Of a DNA stretch of 56,178 bases, positions 26,890-37,029 are shown piece after piece. The first letter of the stretch is position 1. Every line of letters starts with the position of its first letter. Made by a program: the position numbers and the translations under genes. This DNA is from a virus (taxonomy: Duplodnaviria; Caudoviricetes). The stretch lies in IMG/VR virus record IMGVR_UViG_3300031757_000001, positions 1-56,178 of that record; one strand, written 5' to 3'. The notes beneath the pieces were generated by a model. The model searched no databases. It was not told the DNA's origin and saw nothing but the letters and a program-made list of their open reading frames with translations.

Positions 26890-28761
26890 ATGACTTGGGA
26901 ACAAGGCAATCAACCATCATTCAAAAAAGATAGAGACATAAACCAACAAATCCTCAATCTTGAGGGTAATTTAGAGGAGGAAGATGCAAAATACTATCTT
27001 TATAAGTTTTTAAAAGAGAATACTACATTTGGCACTCAATTATTAACTGGGGTTGAATTATTTCCTTTTCAACATTTAGCCATCAAGGCTATGTTTGAAA
27101 CAGATTACTTCTTAGGAGTATGGGGAAGAGGAATGAGTAAATCTTTCACTACTGGCTTGTTTGCCCTAATGGATGCTATATATAATCAGGGAGTCGAGAT
27201 AGGGATTTTATCTAAATCTTTTAGGCAGGCAAAAATGATTTTTAGAAAAATGGAAGACATTGCCTCTAAACCTGATGCTAGATACCTCAATCAATGCATT
27301 ACAAAAATTACCAAAAGTAATGATGAGTGGTTGATGCAAATCGGAAGTAGCAATATTCGGGCCTTGCCATTGGGGGACGGAAGCAAGCTGAGAGGATTCA
27401 GATTTCACAGGATCATCATCGACGAATTTCTCTTGATGCCAGAAAGAATCTATAACGAGGTTATAGTCCCGTTTCTCTCTGTGGTGGAGAATCCGCAACA
27501 AAGGCAAAAAATATTTGACCTAGAAAACAGGCTAATTGAGCAGGGAAAAATGAGGGAGGCGGATAGATATATCTGGCCGAATAATAAGTTAATAATGCTA
27601 AGTTCTGCCTCGTACAAGTTCGAGTATCTCTATAAGCTATACGAAACGTTTGAAAACCTAATACTAGATGAAAGAGTTGGGCGCAGTGCTTTCGACGCGA
27701 AGAGGGCGATTATGCATTTTAGTTACGACCAGGCTCCAGAGAAGCTATATGACCAGAACCTAGTGGCCCAGGCCAAGCAGACCATGAGTCATAGTCAGTT
27801 CGCTAGAGAGTTCGAGAGTGTATTTACGGACGACAGTAGCGGTTATTTTAAGACATCAAAAATGGCGCAGTGTACAGTTCCAGATGGAGAGGCCCCTTCC
27901 GTTGAGCTTGCAGGGGAGAAGGGCGCAAAATATATTCTTTCCTTTGATCCAAGTTGGTCAGAAAGCGAAGGGAGCGACGACTTCGCAATGTTGGTGTTAA
28001 AATTAAATGAAGAGACTGGCAAGCACATTCTCGTGCATAGCTACGCAATGGCGGGGACGAGACTAAAGGATCACATAAATTATTTTCATTATTTAATTTC
28101 ATATTTCAATATAGTAATGATCGTTGGAGATTATAATGGTGGAGTTCAGTTTATTAACGCCGTAAACGAAAGTAAGATATTCAAGGATAAGAAAATAAAA
28201 ATTAAATTGCTTGATCAGTCTTTTGACAAGGCCGAGGACTATAAGAAGGACTTAACTCGAGCAAAAAGAGTTTATGACCCAGGGGATTATAGTTATTGTA
28301 TTTTAAGGAAACCTACGTCCGACTGGATAAGGAAGGCGAATGAGCTACTGCAGTCCAGCATTGACCACAAGAGGATATGGTTTGCCTCCAGGGCCGTGGA
28401 CGATTGCTATTTAGATCAAAAATCAAAAAAAATACCAATTAAGAAATTAAAATTCATTGGGGGACTGGAGCAGGAAGAGCATAATTCTGGGGCAAAGATG
28501 ATCGATCTTGTGGAGCATTTGTCGGATAACATAAACTCCACCAAGGGGCAGTGTGCGTTAATTCAGGTATATACGTCTCCGCAGGGCCACCAAACGTTTG
28601 ATCTTCCTCCAGAACTGAGGAGATCAAGTGGGCCGAATAAGGCGAGGAAGGATAGTTATTCTGCACTAGTTTTGGGCAATTGGGGCCGCAAGATATATGG
28701 GGATATGATTTCTGTAGAAAGCGAAAGGCAGAGTTCCTTCACTCCAATGTTCATAAGATAA
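26890..28761 (+). CDS. terL: Terminase large subunit
   Basis: Walker A GRGMSKS, LRGFR, Walker B IIIDE, LSSA coupling motif; RNase H-like SFDP...DDFA and RKDSYSA; upstream of portal. Confidence 0.85.
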   Translation: MTWEQGNQPSFKKDRDINQQILNLEGNLEEEDAKYYLYKFLKENTTFGTQLLTGVELFPFQHLAIKAMFETDYFLGVWGRGMSKSFTTGLFALMDAIYNQGVEIGILSKSFRQAKMIFRKMEDIASKPDARYLNQCITKITKSNDEWLMQIGSSNIRALPLGDGSKLRGFRFHRIIIDEFLLMPERIYNEVIVPFLSVVENPQQRQKIFDLENRLIEQGKMREADRYIWPNNKLIMLSSASYKFEYLYKLYETFENLILDERVGRSAFDAKRAIMHFSYDQAPEKLYDQNLVAQAKQTMSHSQFAREFESVFTDDSSGYFKTSKMAQCTVPDGEAPSVELAGEKGAKYILSFDPSWSESEGSDDFAMLVLKLNEETGKHILVHSYAMAGTRLKDHINYFHYLISYFNIVMIVGDYNGGVQFINAVNESKIFKDKKIKIKLLDQSFDKAEDYKKDLTRAKRVYDPGDYSYCILRKPTSDWIRKANELLQSSIDHKRIWFASRAVDDCYLDQKSKKIPIKKLKFIGGLEQEEHNSGAKMIDLVEHLSDNINSTKGQCALIQVYTSPQGHQTFDLPPELRRSSGPNKARKDSYSALVLGNWGRKIYGDMISVESERQSSFTPMFIR

Positions 28762-28796
28762 CTTGAATTTATCTCTCAACAACATAATATTAAAAA

Positions 28797-29852
28797 ATGA
28801 CTGAGGGGAAAATGAACATACTTGTTTGTGGAGCGGGGGGTTTTATTGCTGGGTATTTAGTTAAAGACCTTTTGAGCAAGGGGCATCACGTAATCGCCGC
28901 AGATATTAAACCGCGAGGTGGCTGGTACCAGGTCCATCGGGGTGCTGTAAATAAATATAGTTGCGACCTGCGCTCTAAGGAAAATTGTGAGATTTTGACC
29001 GAAGGTATGGACAGGGTCTATAATCTTGCATGCAACATGGGGGGAATGGGATTTATTCAAAACAATCACGCCTTATGTATGGAGAGCGTTCTCATACAGA
29101 CCCATATATTGATCGCTTGCAGGAGGAATAACGTTAGGGACATCCTGTACAGTTCTTCCGCTTGCATATATCCAGAAGAAATACAAAAGGAAATTAAGGA
29201 CTCTGCGGCTCAGGGGCTAAAGGAATCCGACGCATATCCAGCGAACCCAGAAGACGGGTACGGCTGGGAAAAGTTATTCAGCGAAATAATAACTGATTAT
29301 TTTCGAAAAGATTTTGGGGTAAATCCAAGAGTATGCAGGTACCATAACGTTTATGGACCACATGGAACCTGGGACGGGGGAAGAGAAAAGGCTCCTGCGG
29401 CCATATGCAGGAAAGTTATAAATGCCAAACTGTCTGGAGAGAAGGAAATAGAGATATGGGGCGACGGAGAACAAACCAGATCCTTTATGTATGTAGATGA
29501 CTGTATAACGGGAATGGATTTATTGTGGAAGAGCGACTTTACTCAACCAATAAATTTAGGGAGCGACGAAATGGTAAGCATCAACCAATTGGTGGACATT
29601 GTGGAAGAAATCGCGGGCATAAAGTTAAAAAGAAAATATTTACTAGATAAGCCTCAGGGGGTTAGGGGGAGAAATAGCGATAATGCACTAATACGTAAAG
29701 TACTGGGTTGGGCCCCCTCGGTAAAGCTTAAGGATGGAATGGAGAAAACTTACAAATGGATATTCCAGCAAATAAAAAATGGACAGGACGGCGACAAGGG
29801 GATGGACGCACACGAGGAGGAGGGCTGGACAATAAACTCCCGCAAGAGGTAA
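28797..29852 (+). CDS. GDP-mannose 3',5'-epimerase-like NAD-dependent epimerase
   Basis: GAGGFIAG, NMGGMGFI, SSSACIYP, YGWEK, GGREKAPAAICRK and GVRGRNSDN. Confidence 0.88.
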   Translation: MTEGKMNILVCGAGGFIAGYLVKDLLSKGHHVIAADIKPRGGWYQVHRGAVNKYSCDLRSKENCEILTEGMDRVYNLACNMGGMGFIQNNHALCMESVLIQTHILIACRRNNVRDILYSSSACIYPEEIQKEIKDSAAQGLKESDAYPANPEDGYGWEKLFSEIITDYFRKDFGVNPRVCRYHNVYGPHGTWDGGREKAPAAICRKVINAKLSGEKEIEIWGDGEQTRSFMYVDDCITGMDLLWKSDFTQPINLGSDEMVSINQLVDIVEEIAGIKLKRKYLLDKPQGVRGRNSDNALIRKVLGWAPSVKLKDGMEKTYKWIFQQIKNGQDGDKGMDAHEEEGWTINSRKR

Positions 29853-29853
29853 T

Positions 29854-30639
29854 ATGAGCGACATCAAAGACGACATAACCATTGTGCTTTCCACGAGCCC
29901 TATGCCCAGTCACCCTTCTACGGTATTCTTGGACGAAGTGATAGACTCTATTTATAAGTTTTTGTTCAGGAATGAAAAAACCAAGATAATCATTACTTGC
30001 GATGGAGTTAGGGGCAGGAATGAAAATTATGAAATGTTTCTTAAAGATTTAGAGGAAAAATATAAATCTCATAAAGAGATCGAAATAATCAAGAAGCCAG
30101 AGTTCGGGCACCTGACTGGAAATCTTAGATTTGCAATAGAGCACGTAGAAACTGAATTTGTTTTCTTCGTCCAGCACGATATTTCTTTTTTGAGGTTTGT
30201 CGATATCGGTAAGGTTGTCGAGGACATGCGCAACAACCCGCAATTAAAGCATGTTAGGTTTAATAAAAGAAGAAATGTTAAAAAGCGGGGGGACCGCAAC
30301 TTGGGGAAGCGGAGAGTTGACGCGAACTATAAATACATCTCCACCCCCCAGTGGTCCGACCAGAATCATATCTGTACGGTTAATTACTTCAAGAATGAAG
30401 TTTTAACTAGAGTAAGCCGAGGATTCATGGAACACACAATGAACAGGCGGGCGAGAGGGAAGCACAATGTTTTTGGAACTTATATATTCGGCGACCATAA
30501 CGACCCTACTGCAACGTGCCACCTTCAAGGCAGGGTTGAGGCGGAGTTTGTCATACCTAGCTTCTGTTGCGTGGATTCGCCAAACTTAAAGGGCATTGAA
30601 AATTTCGACGATTATTACAAAGACAAAGTCAACTTTTAA
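29854..30639 (+). CDS. Putative glycosyltransferase (GT-A fold)
   Basis: IIITCDG, GHL..NL and FVFFVQHD metal-binding-like motif. Confidence 0.6.
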   Translation: MSDIKDDITIVLSTSPMPSHPSTVFLDEVIDSIYKFLFRNEKTKIIITCDGVRGRNENYEMFLKDLEEKYKSHKEIEIIKKPEFGHLTGNLRFAIEHVETEFVFFVQHDISFLRFVDIGKVVEDMRNNPQLKHVRFNKRRNVKKRGDRNLGKRRVDANYKYISTPQWSDQNHICTVNYFKNEVLTRVSRGFMEHTMNRRARGKHNVFGTYIFGDHNDPTATCHLQGRVEAEFVIPSFCCVDSPNLKGIENFDDYYKDKVNF

Positions 30640-30692
30640 CTTTTTTAACTTTTGAATAGACTTTTGTCAAGCTTTTGTGTATAATGTAACAA

Positions 30693-32717
30693 ATGGCAAA
30701 AAGAAAATACGTAAAGAAGTCTAAATATTGGGATAAATTTAAGGAAGCAGAGAGGCCGCTTGGGGAGATGGCGGACCATTTCTCTAAAAGCTCCGAATGG
30801 CAGCCAATGGGTTGCGGGGAGAGCTACTATGTGTCTACCAGCGATGCGGCGAGCTGTAGATATAGCTCCTCTACTACGAATCCGTCAAGCGAAAAGAGGG
30901 ATCGTTATGTAAGTAGCAGCACTAAGCCAGAAAGGTTTGCGAACATAAAGCAGGGGCTGCTTCCATTTGAGCATTCCGCGGACGGAATAAGCGTGAAGAA
31001 CTCGATAGAGCTTTGCCAGAAGGCATATGCAAATGTTGCAATATTCAGGAACTCTATAGACATTATGTCAGAGTTTGCGAATTCAGAACTGTACCTAGAG
31101 GGGGGTACAGAATCCGCAAGGAATTTTGTGAAGAAGTGGTTTGAGAAGATAAGCATGTGGAACCTTAAGGATCAGTATTTCAGGGAGTACTATAGGTCTG
31201 GAAATATATTCCTTTATAGAGTCGATGGAAAATTCAATTCAAACGACTTCAGGCAGCTTAAAACTGTTTATGGGAACGAGTCGTTGAATCCTGGGGATGT
31301 TCCTGTGAAATATATTTTACTTAACCCGTATGACATAGTGCATGAGAATAGCGCTAGTTTTGATCAAGGAAAGTACAGGAAGGTTCTTTCTGACTATGAT
31401 TTAGAGCGACTGAAAAACCCAAAGACTGAAAGAGATAGCGAGATATTCAAGGCGCTAGACCCAGAAATAAAAAATAATATAAAAGAGGGAAGGTTTTTGC
31501 CTGACGGGGTATCCGTGAAGCTTGATTCCTCTAAGCTCTGTTATTCTTTTTATAAAAAACAGGATTATGAGGCTTTTGCCGTCCCGTTTGGGTATTCTGT
31601 TTTAGAGGATATAAATTGGAAGCTGGAGCTTAAGAAGATTGATCAGGCGATAAGTAGGACCATAGAAAACGTAATCCTTCTAATTACTATGGGCGCGAAG
31701 GAAGAGGATGGAGGGGTTAATCCGCAGAACATAAACGCCATGCAACAACTTTTTGCCAACGAGAGCGTTGGTCGGGTGCTTGTCGCAGATTATACAACTA
31801 AGGCAGATTTCGTCATTCCAGATCTGAAGAAGGTAATTGGGCCCGAAAAATATGAAGTTGTAAATAGGGATATAAAGGAAGGCCTGCAAAATATTATCGT
31901 CGGAGATGAGAGGTATAGCAACACTGCAGTAAAGACAGAAATGTTCCTGGAAAGACTCAAGGAGGCGAGAAACGCATTTCTGAACGATTTCCTTCAGCCT
32001 CAGATAAAGATGGTCTGCAAGAATCTGGGGTTCAGAAAATTCCCCGTGGCAAAATTTCAAGAAATTGATATTAAGGATGAGGTCCAACTCCAAAGGGTTG
32101 CGACGAGATTGCTTGAGCTCGGCATACTCACTCCAGAGCAGGGAATTAACGCAATTAAAACTGGAGTTTATCCAAACCCAAAAGATTTGGCCCCCACGCA
32201 AGAGAACTATTCCGAAGAGAGGGAGAAGGGGTACTGGAACCCCTTGGTGGGAGGAGTGCCCTCCATTGAGGCTCCTGGGGCAGAAGAGGAGAGGGAGATG
32301 CAGGAAAAGCAACAGGTGCAGCAGAAAAATAATACGGCCCCTCAGCCTGGCAGGCCAGGCGGGACTAGCGACATTCCTCAGGAAAATAAAAGGCAGGCCG
32401 CGTCATATAGTAAGGCTGACATTAAGGAAACTGTTTATGGCTCAGAGAAGCTAAGAGCTTTTGTTACGAAAGAGCTGAAGGGAAAACAAAAGATTAAAAG
32501 ATTAAGCAAAAAACACAATGAGCTGATTGATGGCCTTTGTGAAAATGTAATTTTGTCCTGCGACAAGAAGGACTGGGAAGCTTGCGCTGCATTATGCGTC
32601 GATGATTTCGATAAAATCTCGGAGCTTTCTGTTATGCCTGCGGTTCACGACATTTCTGTTTCGCATGATTTGGGGTTGTATCCCTCTGCGATATTATACC
32701 ATAGCGAGAAAAAATAA
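30693..32717 (+). CDS. Portal protein
   Basis: 674 aa between terminase and protease/capsid genes; portal-like FREYYRSGNIFLY segment. Confidence 0.7.
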   Translation: MAKRKYVKKSKYWDKFKEAERPLGEMADHFSKSSEWQPMGCGESYYVSTSDAASCRYSSSTTNPSSEKRDRYVSSSTKPERFANIKQGLLPFEHSADGISVKNSIELCQKAYANVAIFRNSIDIMSEFANSELYLEGGTESARNFVKKWFEKISMWNLKDQYFREYYRSGNIFLYRVDGKFNSNDFRQLKTVYGNESLNPGDVPVKYILLNPYDIVHENSASFDQGKYRKVLSDYDLERLKNPKTERDSEIFKALDPEIKNNIKEGRFLPDGVSVKLDSSKLCYSFYKKQDYEAFAVPFGYSVLEDINWKLELKKIDQAISRTIENVILLITMGAKEEDGGVNPQNINAMQQLFANESVGRVLVADYTTKADFVIPDLKKVIGPEKYEVVNRDIKEGLQNIIVGDERYSNTAVKTEMFLERLKEARNAFLNDFLQPQIKMVCKNLGFRKFPVAKFQEIDIKDEVQLQRVATRLLELGILTPEQGINAIKTGVYPNPKDLAPTQENYSEEREKGYWNPLVGGVPSIEAPGAEEEREMQEKQQVQQKNNTAPQPGRPGGTSDIPQENKRQAASYSKADIKETVYGSEKLRAFVTKELKGKQKIKRLSKKHNELIDGLCENVILSCDKKDWEACAALCVDDFDKISELSVMPAVHDISVSHDLGLYPSAILYHSEKK

Positions 32718-32784
32718 TTTTATTTATTCCTCCTTGCGCAGAAATGCGTGTAACTATAAGCGAACCTCCTTAAAAGTATTTATC

Positions 32785-32958
32785 ATGAACTTAAACGAAG
32801 AAATTAAAAAAGAATTTGAACAATATGAGGAAGATATTTCCTTATTTAACGAAAAGGGAAATAAGTCAGCGGGCACTAGGGCAAGAAAGGCGCTGATGAA
32901 CATCTCCAGGTTATGTAAGGAAATAAGGAAAGAGATTCAGTCCAGAAAGAACGCGTAA
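32785..32958 (+). CDS. Histone H1-like (Hc1-type) small DNA-binding protein
   Basis: KGNKSAGTRARKAL...KEIRK motif; 57 aa. Confidence 0.7.
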   Translation: MNLNEEIKKEFEQYEEDISLFNEKGNKSAGTRARKALMNISRLCKEIRKEIQSRKNA

Positions 32959-34592
32959 TGGATTTTAGGTACACTACGGGGTTCAGCTCCAAGATTACTG
33001 CGTCTTCGGTCGATTCGGGCGGGGACGTTTCAAGGGCCAGCCTAAGGCAGCTATCCGATTTGATCCCCACGGAAGTCGACCTCGACAGGAATGTTGATCT
33101 ATTGGGCGTTGCGTTCAATGCCGCAGTAGCTAATACCTTTAATAGGAATGGCGATGGTATAGATTCGATTACTGCCGTCGCTATAAAAGACAACTTTATT
33201 CATAAGCCCACTAATATAGAACACAATAAGGCGCGAGTTGTCGGGCACATACTTAAGGCGGCGCTCACATCAAGGGAGGACAATTCCCCAATAAGCGAAG
33301 GCGAGGCAATTGAAACCATCAATCCTATTAATATATCACTAGGCGCAGTAGTCTATAGAACCGTCGATTCTAATTTTGCAAATATGATCGAAGAGAGCGT
33401 GAACCCAGAAAGTGATTTATATAATGTAGTCTCCGCAAGCTGGGAAATTGGATTTAATGATTATTACATTGCACTTGGGAGTAAAAATTTAAAAGAGGCG
33501 GAAATCGTTTCGGACGCAAAACAAATAGAAGAATTAAGTAAATATTTAAAAGCTAATGACGGGGAAGGAGAGATGGAGGATGGCACCTTGGTCAATAGGC
33601 TTGTCGTAGGAAACATATTCCCCTTGGGGATAGGCTTTACTGCAAATCCAGCAGCAGATGTAAAAGGGATATATATAAGAGAAGATAAAAAAAAAGAAGG
33701 GGACGCTAAAGTAGCCCAGCCCCTAATCTGCGATGACCCCATAGAAGTGGATAGCACAAGGTTTTTGCAAAAAAACAAGAAAATACAAAAAAACATTTCA
33801 CAAAAGGAGGAAACCGCTGTAACTTTCAACAACGAACAAAATATCATTATGGAACAAAACCAAAATTTATTCGAAGAAATCAAGGAGCTGCTTTCGAGCA
33901 AGCTTCCAGAGAAGAGTTACTCCGAGGAGTCCGTAGCAAATATCGCCAAAGTTGTGGGTGACGCTATTAAGGAAAAAAGTGAGCAATTCGAAAAAGACAG
34001 GCTGGCTATTCTTGAAGATCAAGCAGAGGCCGCTGAAAACGAAAAAGCCAGAGAAGTGGAAGTGGAAGAGCTTAAGAGTAAGCTAAACGAAACCACGGAA
34101 AAACTTGAAGAGCTTGAGCTCGCGCAAAAGACGCAAGCCGATGAGGCCAGATTTAATTTAAGAATGGAAAACATTGATAATGAGTATGAGCTTGCCGATG
34201 AAGATCGTAAGGCTTTGGCCTCTGAGGTTTCTGATCTTGACGAGACTGACGAAACATTTCAGTCTTATAAAGAAAAGCTTTCTGTAATGTGGTCACATAA
34301 AAACAAGGAAACGATTAAGGAAACGGAAGCGGCTTTCCAGGTTAGGCTTGAAGAGGAGCTAGAAAAGAAGCTTCAAGGCCTCGAGACCGCACAAGCTTCG
34401 GATTCAGCAGAAAAAACGGAAGAGGTTCAGACGACCGAAGAGGTTAAGACCGAAGAAGAAATTCTGGAAACCGTTGAGGCTGAACAGGTCGACATTGCAA
34501 ACAATAACGGCGAAACGGCTTCTACGGAAGAAAGCCTTCGCGACCAATTCAAAAAAACTTTCTCTAAAGAAAACGTAACAATTAACTACTAA
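32958..34592 (+). CDS. Prohead protease / scaffold fusion
   Basis: N-terminal NRNGD, NIEHN..VVGHI, SASWE and GFTANPAA; acidic coiled-coil C-terminal half; upstream of the capsid genes. Confidence 0.7.
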   Translation: MDFRYTTGFSSKITASSVDSGGDVSRASLRQLSDLIPTEVDLDRNVDLLGVAFNAAVANTFNRNGDGIDSITAVAIKDNFIHKPTNIEHNKARVVGHILKAALTSREDNSPISEGEAIETINPINISLGAVVYRTVDSNFANMIEESVNPESDLYNVVSASWEIGFNDYYIALGSKNLKEAEIVSDAKQIEELSKYLKANDGEGEMEDGTLVNRLVVGNIFPLGIGFTANPAADVKGIYIREDKKKEGDAKVAQPLICDDPIEVDSTRFLQKNKKIQKNISQKEETAVTFNNEQNIIMEQNQNLFEEIKELLSSKLPEKSYSEESVANIAKVVGDAIKEKSEQFEKDRLAILEDQAEAAENEKAREVEVEELKSKLNETTEKLEELELAQKTQADEARFNLRMENIDNEYELADEDRKALASEVSDLDETDETFQSYKEKLSVMWSHKNKETIKETEAAFQVRLEEELEKKLQGLETAQASDSAEKTEEVQTTEEVKTEEEILETVEAEQVDIANNNGETASTEESLRDQFKKTFSKENVTINY

Positions 34593-34597
34593 TTACC

Positions 34598-35329
34598 ATG
34601 GCTTCTACATTAAAACCTTTTAGACAATACAACGAACACGAGGTACTTAACCTTTTTTCCTTCCAGCCGACATCGGACGATGCTCATGGCTCGAACTGTG
34701 TCAACATGATCGCTGACGGCGGAGAGCATACCTGGGATGCAGGACGACTTCTCGTTTCCAACGAAGTTGCGATGAAGACAACGTTGACCGATAAGTGGGA
34801 CCCCGTTACGCAGAACGACGGCGGAATGCAGGGCGACACAGCTGAGACCGCTTGGGCCACAGCCATAAAGGGCTACCTTGGCGCCAACTACAATGCGGGA
34901 AGGTCTGGCTACGAAAACGTTAGCCCCGATGGTTCTCACGTTGGTCTCTTTGGCAATTCGAACGCTACGTTTACTGCGAAGGCAGACAGCTTGGTTGCCG
35001 CTACTGAAGCTGCAGTTGGAATCTCACTCCGCTCGACATTGGCTTACGACGAGAACAACGAGAAGCTTATGTATTACACGAACAAGCAGGACGAGCTTCA
35101 GGCCGTTCTTCCTGGCGACGCCGTTCCTTGCTTGAGGCGCGGGTTGATTGCGATGGTGGTTGATGGCATAACTGCAAACACGGACGCTGGCTCGCCAGTT
35201 CACGGTTTAGATGCCTCCACAACAAAAGGAGGGCTAGTTTCGCTTACAACCGATGAATCGGCAATCGGTGAGATCGTCGCAGTTATGGACGTTAAGGCAA
35301 AGATTGCCCTTGTCCAGATTGACGTTTAA
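34598..35329 (+). CDS. Putative head decoration/structural protein
   Basis: Position between scaffold and major capsid; beta-rich C-terminus. Confidence 0.5.
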   Translation: MASTLKPFRQYNEHEVLNLFSFQPTSDDAHGSNCVNMIADGGEHTWDAGRLLVSNEVAMKTTLTDKWDPVTQNDGGMQGDTAETAWATAIKGYLGANYNAGRSGYENVSPDGSHVGLFGNSNATFTAKADSLVAATEAAVGISLRSTLAYDENNEKLMYYTNKQDELQAVLPGDAVPCLRRGLIAMVVDGITANTDAGSPVHGLDASTTKGGLVSLTTDESAIGEIVAVMDVKAKIALVQIDV

Positions 35330-35366
35330 TTTAAACAACATTTAACATAGTAAACAAAAACGAACC

Positions 35367-36539
35367 ATGAATATTACTCTAAAAAGAACTGATGAGCAAG
35401 TAGCCTTAGTTAAGGCAATGGCTTCCAAGAATCGAGACACTGCTTACGAGGCTCAGGCCGCCGTAGCCGAATTCATGGGGCCAATCTTAGCCGAAGTCGT
35501 TAACAACGCTCCGTCTTTGTCTAGCCTGTTCACTACATTAAGCTTTGATCACGAAGACAATCCGTCGATTCCTCTGGATCTCTATTATGATGTAACCGAT
35601 GAGGATTACATTACAATCTGGAGCCAGAATGTTCCTGGCGGTCTTCCGACTAACACGGTACAGCCCACGCAAAGCGAACTTAAGTTCACGACTTACAGGC
35701 TTGATAGTGCTGTTGAGTTCGATAAGAAGTACGCTCAGCGTTCGAGGCTCGACGTAGTGTCGAAGAGTATGACTCGCTTGGCGCAAGAGATTCTCCTTAA
35801 ACAGGAGCGCACTTCGGCCAACTTGATCTTGGGCTCTCTTGCCAAGGCAAAAACCAACGGCAAGACCCACATTTTGTCGAGTTCGAGTACTGGCAAGCTT
35901 GGTCTTGCTGATTTCAATAACCTTCTCGCTCACGCTAAGCGTATTCACGCTTCGTGGTCTGGCGGAACCCCCGCTAGTCGCAGCAGGGGCATAACGGACG
36001 TTGTTTGTTCTCCCGAGGTTGTTGCTGGTCTTCGCTCTCTTGCGTTCAATCCTGTTTATGAGGGCAACACGGGCTCGCATTACCCTGCCACAGACGAAAT
36101 GCGCAAGGAGTTCTATAACTCTGCAGGCGTTCCTGACATTTACGGAATCTCCATCATGGAGCTTAATGAAATGGGTGTTGGCCAGCGTTATAACGATGTG
36201 TTCGACGCGATCCAAGGTCGGGATTCTCGATTTGACACAAGCGAGGACGAAATTGTTCTCGGCATTGACCGCACTAGGGAATCGTTGATTCGCGGGGTCG
36301 CAGTGGATGCTGATTTCGGTTCTGAGTTCCAGCTTAATGTGGATGATCAGTACAGCGTTCGCCAGTCTCGGATCGGATACTACGGCGCCGTTGAAGAGGG
36401 CCGCATGGTTCTTGATGACCGCGCTCTTACAGGATTCGTTCTCTGTGGCGGAGCAACAGGCGTCACCGAATGGGACGGAGCTTGCGCAAGTACAAAGGGC
36501 GAAGCTGGCAATGCGGTACCCACTCCGACGTATACCTGA
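35367..36539 (+). CDS. Major capsid protein (putative)
   Basis: 390 aa, last gene of the head operon before a strong terminator; size and position typical of HK97-fold capsid proteins. Confidence 0.7.
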   Translation: MNITLKRTDEQVALVKAMASKNRDTAYEAQAAVAEFMGPILAEVVNNAPSLSSLFTTLSFDHEDNPSIPLDLYYDVTDEDYITIWSQNVPGGLPTNTVQPTQSELKFTTYRLDSAVEFDKKYAQRSRLDVVSKSMTRLAQEILLKQERTSANLILGSLAKAKTNGKTHILSSSSTGKLGLADFNNLLAHAKRIHASWSGGTPASRSRGITDVVCSPEVVAGLRSLAFNPVYEGNTGSHYPATDEMRKEFYNSAGVPDIYGISIMELNEMGVGQRYNDVFDAIQGRDSRFDTSEDEIVLGIDRTRESLIRGVAVDADFGSEFQLNVDDQYSVRQSRIGYYGAVEEGRMVLDDRALTGFVLCGGATGVTEWDGACASTKGEAGNAVPTPTYT

Positions 36540-36561
36540 TTTTAATTTTCAACCTTCAACC

Positions 36562-36594
36562 AAAAAAATCCACTCTTTCGAGTGGATTTTTTTT
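36562..36594 (+). terminator. Rho-independent (bidirectional-type) terminator
   Basis: AAAAAAATCCACTC-TTTC-GAGTGGATTTTTTT. Confidence 0.85.
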
Positions 36595-36645
36595 GTCACA
36601 TTACTACTATATGGTGTATAAAATACTAACTTAACCCATATAATT

Positions 36646-37029
36646 ATGAGCAAACAAGACACTTCATTCAAACATGTTATAGATGGAAAGGCGGATTACG
36701 CCGACGGACTGGACAAGGACAAGCAAACTGCGAGAGACCTTGAGCAGATCCTGGGCGTTAAGGAGCTGAATCCATTCAAGACCTCAAACGCGGAGGAATT
36801 TGATAGAGACCTTTCAGACATGAGCCTTAACGATTTAAGGACTTTAGCTGTCAAGAGCGGGGTCTTCCCTTCTGGAAACAAGGCGAACCTTAAGAACAAG
36901 CTTCGGAAGGAGTTTAAAATTAGAGCTGTAGGCGGAGCGAACAGGGCTCCGTATCAGAGAGCAAGCGCTTTTGATGAAGAGACCGAAAAGAGGGTTAGGG
37001 ATTTGTCAGGGCAGAATAAGGAGAAATAA
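36646..37029 (+). CDS. Hypothetical protein (small helix-extension-helix-like segment)
   Basis: LSDMSLNDLRTLAVKSGV...KANLKNKL. Confidence 0.55.
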   Translation: MSKQDTSFKHVIDGKADYADGLDKDKQTARDLEQILGVKELNPFKTSNAEEFDRDLSDMSLNDLRTLAVKSGVFPSGNKANLKNKLRKEFKIRAVGGANRAPYQRASAFDEETEKRVRDLSGQNKEK

